Below, in pieces: positions 23,952 to 36,089 of a DNA stretch of 64,000 bases (positions are counted from its first letter, which is position 1; each line of letters begins with the position of its first letter). A model generated the notes under the pieces. That model had not been told where the DNA came from and searched no databases. It worked only from the letters and a program-made list of their open reading frames with translations. The stretch comes from Phyllosticta citribraziliensis (lineage: Eukaryota): assembly GCF_038025025.1 (NCBI RefSeq), contig NW_027117341.1, positions 1,426,001 to 1,490,000 on the forward strand, given 5' to 3'. Both the position numbers and the translations under genes were made by a program.

Positions 23952-26295
23952 TTAGGCCTCGACATGAGCAACGCCGCGCTTGCGGCGTCTGCAAGTCTTA
24001 CCGCTGCGGGTCTTGCCAGCCTGAGCCGGGACAGCAGTCGGCCAAGAGCCGTACCACCAGCCATCGCTGTTGGAAGCGCCAGCAGCGACGCTCTCAGAGG
24101 GCGTGATGGCGGCGGGCGAGGCGATTACGGTGGAGGCTCCGTTTGCGCCCTGTTGCGCCGCCGAAGCCGACGAGCCGATCAGCGTCTGAAGCGTGGTAGG
24201 GGAGGCGACAGAGGGAGTAGTAGCAGCAGCGGACGAGGCGACGGCCAGCGCCGCCGTGGTGCTGGATGCTACTGCGGCCGAGGAGGACGCGGACGACGCA
24301 CCTGCAGTCGAGTTGCTGGAGGAAGAGGAGGAGGAGCTCATGCAAGCAAACGACATCTTCTTAGTCGTCTTGGAGCTCAGGCCGAGCGCCATGACGCTGT
24401 CGCTAAGGTCCCAGGTCATGCTCACGTAGGGCCAGCAAATGCGGCCGTCGGACATGGTCACCATGTCACCTGCGACGTACTGTTTCGACGTTGTTAGTGT
24501 TGCTTTCAAAATAGATCAATGGGAATCTTAGGTTCATCCTCAAATGCTATCAGGATATGAAATGGTTAAACTCACAGTGTCCTTGACAGTGATGGCGTCG
24601 CCGACAGTGGCGCCAGTCGAGTCGATTTCCTGGAACTTGGTGCCCTCAAAAGTACCAGCACATCCCATTGCAATGACTGCTCTTGTGTTAGCGATGCCAG
24701 TCTTCTTCAAGTCTTTCAATTCGACTCACAGTTGCACTGAGGGTTGGAAGCCTCCTCCCAAGTGAGCAGAGCATTGCTCTCGCCAAAGGTAGCAACATGA
24801 GCGTTGGAGCAGTCATTGGTGTTCGACTCAGGAACAATCCAGTTAATCTGGCTGTCTCCGCTCTTGGCGCCGACCTCAGACGTAGCCGCTTCGCCGTTCA
24901 GCGTCTTCTTGTCGCTCATGAGGGCGATGGCAACGCGTCTTGCGATAGTCCGATTTACAGAACTTACGTAGCCGTCTCCCATCCAATCGTAAGCAGTCAA
25001 GTCAGTAGCTCCACGGGACACCCAGGTGAGGATGTATTTGGTGCTGCTGCCGAAGCGAGCGAGCCCGCTGTAGCTGCCGCTCATGCCACCCAACGCTTCG
25101 TTGGTCGCGCCATTGGTTACATTTTCATTTGAGATCTTCGTAGCCACAGTTGTATCCATGCCGCCGTTACCGCTGTTGAGAGCAACATAGCCCTGGTCGA
25201 GACCGGGTGTTAGTTTTACGTACTAATTAATGGTTGGGAGGATCAGGAGTTTTGTGTTGTGGTGTGGAAAGCGTGGGAGGTCGAAATTTGAGCAACCCCC
25301 GGTTCCCACGTCCACAACAGAACCACAGCTGGATTCAAGTCCCAACAAGAGATAGTACTCACCAGTTGCACACACTGAAGCGTAAGGAGTGGCGTCCGCA
25401 GCCTCTAGGGCGATTCCGGTGTTGTGGGAGCATCCCCACGAGCTAGTGCCTTCAATAGACTCGTCGAGCTTTCCCTCAGATGTCACGTAGAGTAGGTTGT
25501 CTCCATAATGGCCTGACGCGTCTGGTTTCCAAGCTTTTGCGTTAGCACAGCCCAGTTTTGAAAAAGGACGGAGAAATTTTGAGAACTCAAGGAAAGGGTT
25601 GGTTGTGGTCTGAGGAGGGGAAGCAAAGAAGCGAATGAGAAACGCACCGCCCTGATAATTTGTGACTACGAAGTACGCGCCGTATGTTTTTGATTCTTCG
25701 CTGTAAACGAGATCGCCGTTCAAATCAGGCCTGTGAAAATAAATTATCAGCTTGAATGAAATCAAGAAGTGCATGATGGATCTTACGAGCAAGAGAGGCC
25801 CATGCTGGAGTCTGAATGAACGTTGGGACCACCAAGCCAGGTCTTCCAGGTCTGCTTTCCGCTCGTGTAGCGGTAGAGGACTGCAACCGGAGTGTCGCTG
25901 GGAGGGGTCTCTCCCGAAGTCGAGCTGGGCATGACCTCGTTGGTCAAGAGAGCGAAACCGTCATTGTGAGCGACGAGACCACCAGCTTCCTTGCCGCCCG
26001 TGACGGTGACAGTGGTTCCAGTGGCCGCAAAGGTGGACGGGCTGACTTCCTGGACGTGGACGTTGGTGCCGGAGCTGTCCAGGTAGGCAAGGTAGGCACT
26101 CTTGCCGTCAGGGGAGACGGCGAACGGAGTACGACGGTGGTGCGGGAGGCCAGTCCAGTAGGCCTCCTCGACAGGGTTGAAAGCGTTGTCAAGCGTAAGG
26201 ACATCGACATGCTTGTTCAAGTTGGACGTCGTGAGAGCTGCAAGCGAGCTCTGCGCAGCAGAGAGCAGCAAAAGAGCGGAAGAGAGCACCAGCAT
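23952..26295 (-). CDS. Secreted hypothetical protein with a Ser/Ala-rich C-terminal linker (multi-exon)
   Basis: Signal peptide MLVLSSALLLLSAAQSSLA. Globular region (YWTGLPHHRRTPFAVSPDGKSAYLAYLD; WGCSHNTGIA; YVAGDMV). Four canonical in-frame introns plus one anomalous junction at 25193-25363. Confidence 0.8.
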
Positions 26296-27862
26296 GCTGG
26301 GCAACGTAAAGAATGACGATGCGAGAAAGAATGAATAGTCGGAGCCAGTAAGCTGCACCGTAGCGAGTAGAGAGTGGGCTTTCGAGCCCTTCTATAGTGA
26401 TTTTCCTGGGCCTATTTCATCTTAGCAGTCATGTGCTTTACGAACCAGAACGTCCTGGCTGTCGAAGGCCTGACAGTTCACACGCCACAGGAGGCGTGCA
26501 CGTCTTGCAATTCATGGGGCTCCACGGCGTGACATCTGGGACGGTGTATTTCGCCGAAATGCATTTTCCGCTTGAAACGCGTGCAAGGGTCGCGGCCCGG
26601 TCGGCTTTCGTTTCAACATGCCGTCTCCACAGGCTCCAGCCAGCCGGTGTAGGAGCACCACATTCAATGTGAGCTGTGTTGGCAGTTGTTGGCGAGACTC
26701 TGGCCTCTCCTGTGGCGGAAGGTTCCGGCTACACAGCGTGATCATATCCGGATATGCACAGTCCAAATCCGAAGGTTTCTCCCGCACTACTCTATCTTTA
26801 AATTGTGGGCCTCGACAACCAATTGGGTAAGTAGAATCACCCTTAAACCGACGTCTGGCTGCGGAGAAGCATGATCCCCTGGGGAGTCTCGTGAGACGGC
26901 TCTGCCCGTCCGCATCACGTCCTCTACTCGACCATGTCTCATGTCGTGTGGGCTGTGGTTGGACCTCTTCTTTTGAAGAAACGGAGCGCCGGAAGTACGC
27001 AGACCTCTGGCTGCTACGGTGTGGAAGGCCGTCTCAGGAAATAATGCCCCGACAATACTCTAAGACGCTGAGGCTGACATTGAAATGCTTCGGGATTTTT
27101 CTCTTCATAACCCAACGTCGTCTGAGTCTTTTCAGTGCCCATGCCTGTGAAGAGATGGCAATGTTGGTCACTGACGTTTTGGAGAAATTCGACGAGACCG
27201 CTCCTCATCATCGCAGCCACGAACAAATCGAATTCCAGAAATGATCGGGTTGGGTCCAGCAGACCGTGGGAAGAGCCTGGAAGAAGTTACCGCCTGTTTG
27301 TAAAAGGGGGTTGTTGACCGCATATGGTGAGTTCAAACACTCCAGGCCCAAGACGACGGCCTGGCCCGACGCATCTTCTCTTTCCTTTGTCGTTTCCTCG
27401 GCGTCCTCTCTGGGTCTTTCCGACAGGTTTTTGACCCGGGGGCGTCATCCGAAGAACGAATCCACAAATTGTTGACGCGTCGTCGACCAATTGGCTGTTG
27501 TTTGGCGCTTGCAGACGTGCAGTGAAGGATACTGCCAAGCTTGATTAATGAACTCGAGACACGGCCTTCAGCGGGTGGACCCGCCAATCAGAATTGCATA
27601 TCTGCCGGTCCCGAATACGACAACGGTCGCGGTTCTCTGTCGTTGAACCTTTTGCTGGTAGACGTGGAGCCGTTCAAACATGGCAAGGTGCAGCTTAAGA
27701 GACGGCCAGGGTGTAAGGGAGATTCATTGGTTGTCTTTCCATGAACTAAAGTGAGTGCCGTTCTGATAGCCATGACATTTCTTTCGTAATCTCATGAGGG
27801 CTCGACTCGATTGTTAAACTGCATTTCAACATCTTCCAAACCCCATGCTCTTGATGCCAACC

Positions 27863-28479
27863 TCACTGCAAAGCCCAGCCTTGGAAAGAAGCTCTCTCCA
27901 AAGGCTCTCTCTCTGTTTCCCACGCCAGCCAGTCACTCCGTGTCGTTGGCAAAAGCCCCATCTTGTTGACTTTCCATATACCCAAGGCAAGTGCGAGACA
28001 GTTGGTGGCAACGAAGACGAGCTTGACGCCCAGAAGGCGAGACGAGGTTCCAGGAGTCTCGAAGTTGGCAAAAGTGCGATTGATGTTGAACAGCGCCGTG
28101 ATGGGGTTCTTGAAAAGCATGAATACCATCATGATGGAGAATATTTGTAGCGAGTTGCCCGTCATGTACATGCCTAGCTCTGTCAGTGGTTGAAGATGGG
28201 AAGCTCGACGTGCTACTCACCAATGGCATTCATGGGCAAGCTCTTTGCCGGGGCGATGGCTAGCTCCCAGGCCTTCTTCAGCTTCAAAGTATCCATCTCC
28301 TCAGCCGAGGGTGGTTTCCTTGCCGGAGCCTTGTCCTTGGGGTTGCGCGTCTGTTTGTTCGGGGCCGTGTAGCCTGGAGGATCGGGTACGCTCGAGTTTT
28401 TGGGAGGCGCAGGAGCCTTGGAGTTGAGGTCGAGAACCCATGACGGCGGCGGTGGGGGAGAGAGCTGAAGCGTCGCCAT
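27863..28479 (-). CDS. EMC4: ER membrane protein complex subunit 4
   Basis: Intron 28174-28220. Motifs LKLKKAWELAIAPAKSLPMNAIGMYMTGNSLQIFSIMM and KMGLLPTTRSDWLAWE. Confidence 0.95.
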
Positions 28480-28942
28480 GGTCTATAGCTTTTGAATGGC
28501 TCTGGCGCACGCGTCGAGTGATGGAGGTGTCTGGTCGGAGGTGACGTGCGGCGGACGGAGATTGCCCGGCGGTGGTGTCGAGGGCGGAGATTAGTCATGG
28601 CCACCGAGCGCCGATGCGTTCGCAGGGGAGAGGGGCAACGATTAACATTGCTTGGGTCAGTGGGTCGAATTACCCCAGGCCGGCCCCTTCTCACCACCAC
28701 AAGAACACCATCATCCTCTCACTCGACTTTCCGTACCTCCGAATCGCCTCTGTTGTCCCTCTGCCGCCCAGTAATGGCCGTTCGGGTCGTCAACCTTTTC
28801 CGATAACCTTGTACAATCGCGGTACCACCAAACAAGGGCATTCAACGCGCGGTCGCATCGGATTGGCGGAGGACAGGATCAAGCCTCGTCGAGGAGGAGA
28901 GGAGCACATGCATGACGACGCCTCTTCATTAGGCAGATAATC

Positions 28943-31507
28943 ATGAGTACAAGCGGCCAAGATGCAAAGCTCTTTGCGAGGGTAGGTCTACCTTGACTAC
29001 GCTCCCTATCCCATGTCGCGTCGTTGCTTCCTCACCACTCCCAAGCCCAAGCCCAACCCCCGCACACCTTCCCGCCATGCGGCTCTCGCCCATCGCTCGT
29101 CTTCGTCCTCCTGTCGCCCCCTGAAGCCATCACCATGGCCACAGCCATGATGGTCATACCTGCTTTTGTCTACAATGGCCCCAGCTCACTCAATAAACAA
29201 CAGGGCAAGGTCGCCGAGTTGCGCCTCGAGCTCCAGAGCGGCGGCAAAAAGGACAAGAACCACTCGGCCAAGAAGATTGCGCTGAAGAAGATCGTCGCAA
29301 ACATGACCATGAGCAACAACGACATGGTCGCCCTGTTCCCGGACATTGTCAACTGCATGAACATTCCGAGTCTCGAGGTCAAGAAGATGTCAGTACAGGG
29401 CAGATGAACATGCTGGACAGGACATGGCACTGATGGACGCGCAGGTGCTTCCTATATCTGGTCAACTATGCGCGCATCAAGCCAGAGGTCGCGCTCAAAG
29501 CGCTACCCATCATCGTCAACGTGCGTATATGCAGGGACGTCTTCGCTGGCATTCGATGCTAATCGGTGGTGCAGGACATGGAGGACAACAACCCACTCGT
29601 GCGCGCCCTTGCTCTGCGGACCATTTCATACATCCATGTCCGCGAATTCGTCGAAGCTACCATGAATCCTCTCAAAGCACTCCTCAAGGACGGCGACCCC
29701 TATGTCCGCAAGACGGCTGCTTTTTGCGTCGCAAAGCTCTACGACCACGACCGACACTTGGTGGAGCGTTCCGATCTCATCGAGAGGCTAAACGGAATGT
29801 TGAGGGATGAGAACCCAACTGTGGTGTCCAGTGGACTGGCAGCACTGATGGATATCTGGGAAAGAAGCGAAAACATCAAACTTACGATCGACTACCCGAG
29901 CGCTTCAAAGATTATCCAGATCCTGCCTGATTGCTCAGAGTAATGCCCCATGGACCTTAAAAAAGCAACTTGCTTACATTTTACAGATGGGGTCAAACAT
30001 ACATCCTGGAAGCCATGATGAATTACATACCGCACGATACCGGCGAAGCTGCCCTTCTTGCAGAGCGCATAGCTCCTCGGCTTTCACATTCCAACTCGGC
30101 TGTCGTACTGACATGCATAAGGGTCATTCTCTACCTTATGAACTACATCTCGGACCAAAAGGTCATCTCCTCACTTTGTAATAAGCTTTCTCCGCCACTC
30201 GTTACTCTTCTATCCAAGGGCCCTGAGATTCAATACCTTGCACTTCGTAATGCGCTTCTGATCTTGCAGCGGCGCCCAGAAGTCCTCCGCAACGATATTC
30301 GGGTGTTCTTTTGCAAATACAATGACCCCATTTACGTCAAGGTGACCAAGCTGGAGTTGATTTTCATGCTTGCCACGGAGAAAAACATCAATGAGGTCTT
30401 GACTGAGTTGCGCGAGTAAGGAGACCCCTGGCAGCTCATCCATCTCTTGCTAAATCTTCCAGGTACGCCACCGAGATTGATGTCGACTTTGTTCGCAAGT
30501 CCGTCCGGGCTATTGGCAAGCTGGCCATTAAAATTGAGCCTGCCGCGCGACTCTGTATAAACACGCTCCTTGAATTGGTTGCAACCAAGGTGTCGTACAT
30601 TGTACAAGAAGCAACCGTGGTCATCCGAAACATCTTCCGCAAATACCCCAACCAATACGAATCAATCATCTCGACATTGTGCGAAAACCTGGATTCTCTG
30701 GATGAACCCGAAGCAAAAGCGGCCATGATTTGGGTCATTGGACAGTATGCGGACCGTATCGACAACTCGGATGTCCTCCTGGACGACTTTCTGTACACCT
30801 TTGCCGATGAGCCGCATGAAGTGCAATTGGCGCTATTGACGGCCACGGTAAAACTTTTCATCCAGAGACCAACAAAGGGCCAAGAGCTCGTTCCCAAGGT
30901 CTTGAAATGGGCCACAGAGGAAACGGACAACCCAGACTTGCGCGACCGTGGATACATGTACTGGCGATTACTTTCTTCGGAACCAGCGGTTGCCCGAAAG
31001 GTCGTCATGGGCGACAAGCCTGCAATCACGGCGGAATCAGAAAAGCTGGACCCTGCAACTCTCGAGGAAATGTGCCTAAATGTAGGCACTCTGGCCACCG
31101 TGTACCTGAAGCCTGTTCAGCAAGTCTTCCGTTCCGCACGTCCGAGACGCCTGGCCGAAAGTCCGGCTCTGCAGCGTCACACTCTTCCAACCGTCCAGGC
31201 GGCTGCTGATGCCCAGAAACGGACATCTCCCGCGTCTCTGGACACTTCAGGCTTCGTTTCGGCGCCAGTGACAGCGAACACTAACGGCGGCAACATGACG
31301 TCGGCAGTAGACGCAGCAGACCTCTACTTTGCAGGAGTTGGGACTCAACAAATGGCCAATATGAACTTGGGCAATGGAGGTTCATTTGGCGGCAACAGCC
31401 CAGTGGTGGGGTCGCAGTCGAATATGTACGTTGTGAACCAGAACCAGCCGCAGCAAGTTTACCAACCGGCCGTGGGGGCTGGCAACGGTGATTTGCTACT
31501 ACTTTGA
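28943..31507 (+). CDS. APL1: AP-2 adaptor complex beta subunit
   Basis: Exon 1 (28943-28981) encodes [13 protein letters not shown]. Introns 28982-29203, 29389-29444, 29521-29574, 29940-29986 and 30416-30462. Adaptin_N motifs [20 protein letters not shown] and [16 protein letters not shown]. Confidence 0.93.
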
Positions 31508-32837
31508 GAAGGATTTGCAAGCGAGAAGCGATTCAGGTATACCGGGGTCTGCAAACGGGAACATCCGTGTGGGGTGTCTTGGAGGGAGTTAGGCGGCGGC
31601 ATAGGCGCTTGATCGAGGTGGGTACGTTTTTCATGGGTGAGTGTTCATGTTGACTTGACTTGGTTCGATAGATTCCTTTGTAGGATTTCGCAATTGAGGA
31701 CGATAGCATCAAAGTCGTTTCTCACTGCATTGAATGACGTTTTAATCGACAGTGCCTGTGCCGGATTACTTACGGAGAGCGCCACGGCAGAAAGTGGCGC
31801 GCTGACAGCCGCTACTTCGTTTAATTACTCTTCTCTTCCATCCAGTTTTGAGGCTTCTGGGAGCTCATGCACGCCGGTGACCCTGGAGAGCAAGACTGCC
31901 ACCTACTCCTGCAAAATATTGGACCTTTATTCAGCGACCAAGGAACAGGATAAGAAGTCATGTACCCCAATGCAATGACTCGTTTTACCTCTCAGAATTT
32001 CGAGGATGTATGTATCTTTCAGACTGATTTACGACTATCAGCCTGTCTTTTCAGGTTCAAGTCACAGATCTTGAGTGGACCAAAATAGCGTCGGACCCAA
32101 AGCAAAAATAAGGTCGCTTAGGAATCCCAGACCCGGCTCGTCGGGCCAGCGAACGATGCGGAGAGCGGCCCGTTCCAACATCGGGAAGCGTTCAACTCTA
32201 TGGTCAGTGTTCTCCATATCATGCATCTGGGAAGATGTTGGACCGCGCTCCTTTCGCAAGAGGCCCGGCAACGGAATCAAAACACCTCAAATAATGGAGC
32301 AGATGTCGCCAGGCGTCCATCCGGTATCGAGCAGCCGCAGGCGGGTGACCGTAAAAACAGCTGCTTTGCCGAGACCAATTCCGCTCCCGTGGCTTACGCT
32401 TGACCAGACAGTCAGACGCGCAGTCGGCTCACAGCGTGGTACCACTCAAGGTCGGCAATTGCACACGCTGGGCGGACGCCCGCCAATGGGGCGCTGCGTC
32501 CCGGCCAGAGCGGGTGACGGTGGATACCAGCCGTTGGGGGCGGTTTTGCCAAACGGCGCAGCGCGGCCTGGAATCGACTTCGCCCTCGCACCTTATGATG
32601 TGCCTAGGCCCTGTGCGAGGCTGATTCCTGGCAGAAAATCAAGAACGCCCAGCCAGTCTGCCTACGACGTGCGATTTGCGGCTCAGCCAGTGCGACCATT
32701 ACATCGCAAGGGCCCGTCATCACGATATATCGGGGCTTTGCAGCTGCAATCCTTCATCCCCCACTGCACGCCTCTCTCTCCCTCACCCAGTCGCCGCGAT
32801 TATATCCTGCCAGCGCCGTCTTTCTCATGCCGACAGA

Positions 32838-34010
32838 ATGACAGCCACGAACCCGGTGTATACAGCAATGTATCCGTCCAGGCCCAGAGGATGTTCGATT
32901 TCAAAGTTCTTGTACTGGACCTGCGTCATTCTCATCGGTGTCATATCGCCCGCGGTGCTGGGTCTAATCGCCCATGTCCTCGTCAAAGTACACGACATTG
33001 AGGATATCCACCGCACCAGCTCCTATCTCATTCTCTTCAGCGCTGCAGTCGGGGCTGTGGATGGCTTCGTATTCACAGTGCTTGGACTGATGGGCAAGGA
33101 CTTTCATTGGAGGGCCAACATCACTGGCAAAAAGGTAATCCAATTCACTAGCTTGGAGGATCCATCTGACATCAAACAGTACGAAAGCTTTCGACTCCGA
33201 ATTCCGGCCATCGGCGCTACCATTGCTTTTGGTGCGATTCTGCGATCGATTGCCGTGGCAAGCTATGCGCAATACGACTACTACGACGCTCAAGGCAAAA
33301 TCGCCAACTGGACTGACCAGCACCTTGGAGAGGACACACACTACATGACGCCGGAACTCTGGTTGTGCCACAACGGAACAGCCTCTTCGACGGCGTGTCT
33401 GGAAGGAGAAGGAGCTCGATGGTTGACTGTTCCCCTCGCGCTGCTCAGCTGCTTGACGTTCTGCCTGATACTCTGGATATGGCGCCGGGGCAACATGGAA
33501 GCGGCAGGATTCATCCGCACGAGCAAAGACATGTCGCAGCCCAGCGAATCGACCCTGGAAGAAGGAAACTCGACGCCGATGAGTCTGAAAGACGACGCTT
33601 CCGAGGCACGACGGCCCGTCGAGCTGCACTACCAGCACGTGAACGAGTTGGAAGAGACTGAAATTCACGAAATGGACGGCTATCCCGCACAGGCGTCTCC
33701 GAGCCCCAAACCGAACGAACCGACCCAGGAGTCGACGGAAGCGTTGTCAGAAGAACCTCATCCACGCTTTTCGTGGGAGGGCTCGGCGAAGACGCCCGCT
33801 GCAGCCGAAGCCCACTCTCGCTTCTCGTGGGAAGGCATGGCGAAGTCGCCAACCGTATCGCCGCTGACCGAAACACTTCAATCGCAAAGCAAGGCGCGCC
33901 GCAATCGCGACAATAACAACAACAGGAACGGGAACGGCACTGACAACAGCAACGGATCCTCATGGCACCATGATGACAATGCCGACGTACCGGAGTGGTG
34001 GAGGGACTGA
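32838..34010 (+). CDS. Four-TM fungal membrane protein with a disordered C-tail
   Basis: Four hydrophobic segments and a Cys pair in the last loop (TPELWLCH...ACLEGEGARWL). The start could be 32838 or 32868. Confidence 0.75.
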   Translation: MTATNPVYTAMYPSRPRGCSISKFLYWTCVILIGVISPAVLGLIAHVLVKVHDIEDIHRTSSYLILFSAAVGAVDGFVFTVLGLMGKDFHWRANITGKKVIQFTSLEDPSDIKQYESFRLRIPAIGATIAFGAILRSIAVASYAQYDYYDAQGKIANWTDQHLGEDTHYMTPELWLCHNGTASSTACLEGEGARWLTVPLALLSCLTFCLILWIWRRGNMEAAGFIRTSKDMSQPSESTLEEGNSTPMSLKDDASEARRPVELHYQHVNELEETEIHEMDGYPAQASPSPKPNEPTQESTEALSEEPHPRFSWEGSAKTPAAAEAHSRFSWEGMAKSPTVSPLTETLQSQSKARRNRDNNNNRNGNGTDNSNGSSWHHDDNADVPEWWRD

Positions 34011-36089
34011 GACTGGATCTTGCCTGGCGGTCTTGGGGGCGGAACAAAAGTCCCAAAAATAACATGCATCATGCACCCACCCACCCCTGAAGAGGCAGGT
34101 GGGCAGGCCGATCGGCAAAAACGCGTGGCTGGGCCAGAGCTAGGACTCATCACCGACGGACACATTATTGCAGCATGCCGCGTCTTGATTTGCTGTTGCC
34201 GGGCAGGTTTCTGTCGCTGCTGCAAGCCCGCCCCCCAGCGCAGCGATTGCCAAAGCAATGCGCACAGTGCTCCCCCGCAAACCGACCAACCACGCGGCGT
34301 CGTCGATGCGCGCCTCTATTACATCTGGCGATCTTTCCCTGCGAGAGCAATGTTGCACAAGCAAGCAAGCAGCCATGCTGCAGATGAGAGGACCCCTTCC
34401 GCGTCAGAGGAACGCATCGGGAAACAAAAACATGGCCATGAAAAGAGCGCCGAGAGTAAGAGCTGGGGCTGGGGCAGCAAGACCAAGATTCGGCACTCGT
34501 TCTCGCCAGGAGGGCCATTTTTAGACTCGGTTAAATCAAACGACGTCGTCCTGCAGACAGACATCGGCGGCGTGCACAAGGTCTGAGGCGCGAACTCCAT
34601 TCTCAGCCAAGTACAGTGCACACGTACAGCAGAGAAGTGCTGTGGCGTCCGTACTCCATACTGCCCACCGCAGCGCAGCACAATACCGACTCGAATACGT
34701 CACTGCCTACATACCTATTCCAGGGACGCAGCACAGCAGGGGAGAACCTAAGGGGGCCGCAACGGCGTCCGACGTAACATGTAACCCAAGCCAAGTCGCC
34801 GCCCGCCGGACACCTGGAACTTTTCGGCCCCCTCGTCGTCGTCGAGCTCCTGCGATTGACTGGACTCTTTGTTCACGCAGATGAGTGGATGGATGGATTG
34901 CATTGGATGGACCCCACGGCCGAACACAACGCCCGCCCCTTTGTCGCCTCTTCGCGCCGCCCGTCGATTCCTCTGTCGCGCACCGGTAGCTTCGGCTCCT
35001 CTCAACTCGTAAATCCCAAAAACGTGCCTGGAGAGGCGAGTTAGCAATCACCGTTCCGCCGCCGCTCAGAGAGGCTGCGGTCGCACAAAAGCCCACTTCC
35101 GAGGCGCGTTGCCGCCGCTGAGCTGACGACATCCGGCATCATGCAGCGCTGCGCCGCGGCTGGGCGGTAAGGCTGTGGCGCGAAGCTGATCAGTAGGTAG
35201 GTGAGGCGGACAAGCTGTGGCCGTAGGAGTGACGGAAAGAAAGAAAACAAAGGAGAGCGCGAGAGCAATGAGACCAGGACCAGGTGTTTTGAAATCTGCT
35301 GTGTTTTGACGGAAAACAATCGTTGAGATGGATGTCGTGTCGTGGTATGAACGAGGCCAAGGTAGTGGAGACTGGAGCTTTGTGATGAAGGGGTTTCGAT
35401 GTATGTGAGCTATAGAGGTGCAAATGCAGATGTGTGGAGATGCACTCATTTGGCAGACAAAAATGGCAAGCATGACAGAATCAACTTCACATCCACACTG
35501 GGTCTCCTTCCAACTAAACCAAGGCAGCTCCGGCGTTGATTGTTCATTTTCGTTTTCGCCTCCTCAGTAGAAGCTGGGGCCGTGACGATTCATCCCATTT
35601 TGACAATAGCTTTTTCCAATGGCTACCTACCACAAGATAACAAGGTATAAGAGTACACTATGTATATGTGCGTGTGATGTCATGATACCTCCTCTCTCCG
35701 CCGCGCCACTTGCTGCTGCTGCTGCTGCTGCATACCAAAGAGACCAAAACCCAATCGACCCAATACGTGAGTGAACTGTTGACGACTATTCACATGCGTC
35801 GCCATGTCCTCCTGCTCATCTGTCTCTTGTCGATCCACTCCGTTTTGTTTTGTTGTGTCTGGCCAAGCCGACTGATGGCTGATTCCATCTCGCCAATGAT
35901 TGGTGGGAGAGGATGCGCAGAAGAGGGGCAAATGCTTCAATGAAGCACGTGTCGCTGTAGACACGCTTTGGCCCAGTGCACCTCTGACAGACCGATACAA
36001 ACACATCTGCTGCATCGACGTGCCAAGAGAAGCGCCGCGCAGACGCTTAGACGACTGCCGACCGCAAGGCGACGAGGGAATTGCCATCA

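Noticed and set aside
31637..33001. ORFs 31637-31978 and 32075-33001
   Set aside because: GTG starts, no recognisable domain, and the second overlaps the four-TM gene. Probably intergenic or 5' UTR.
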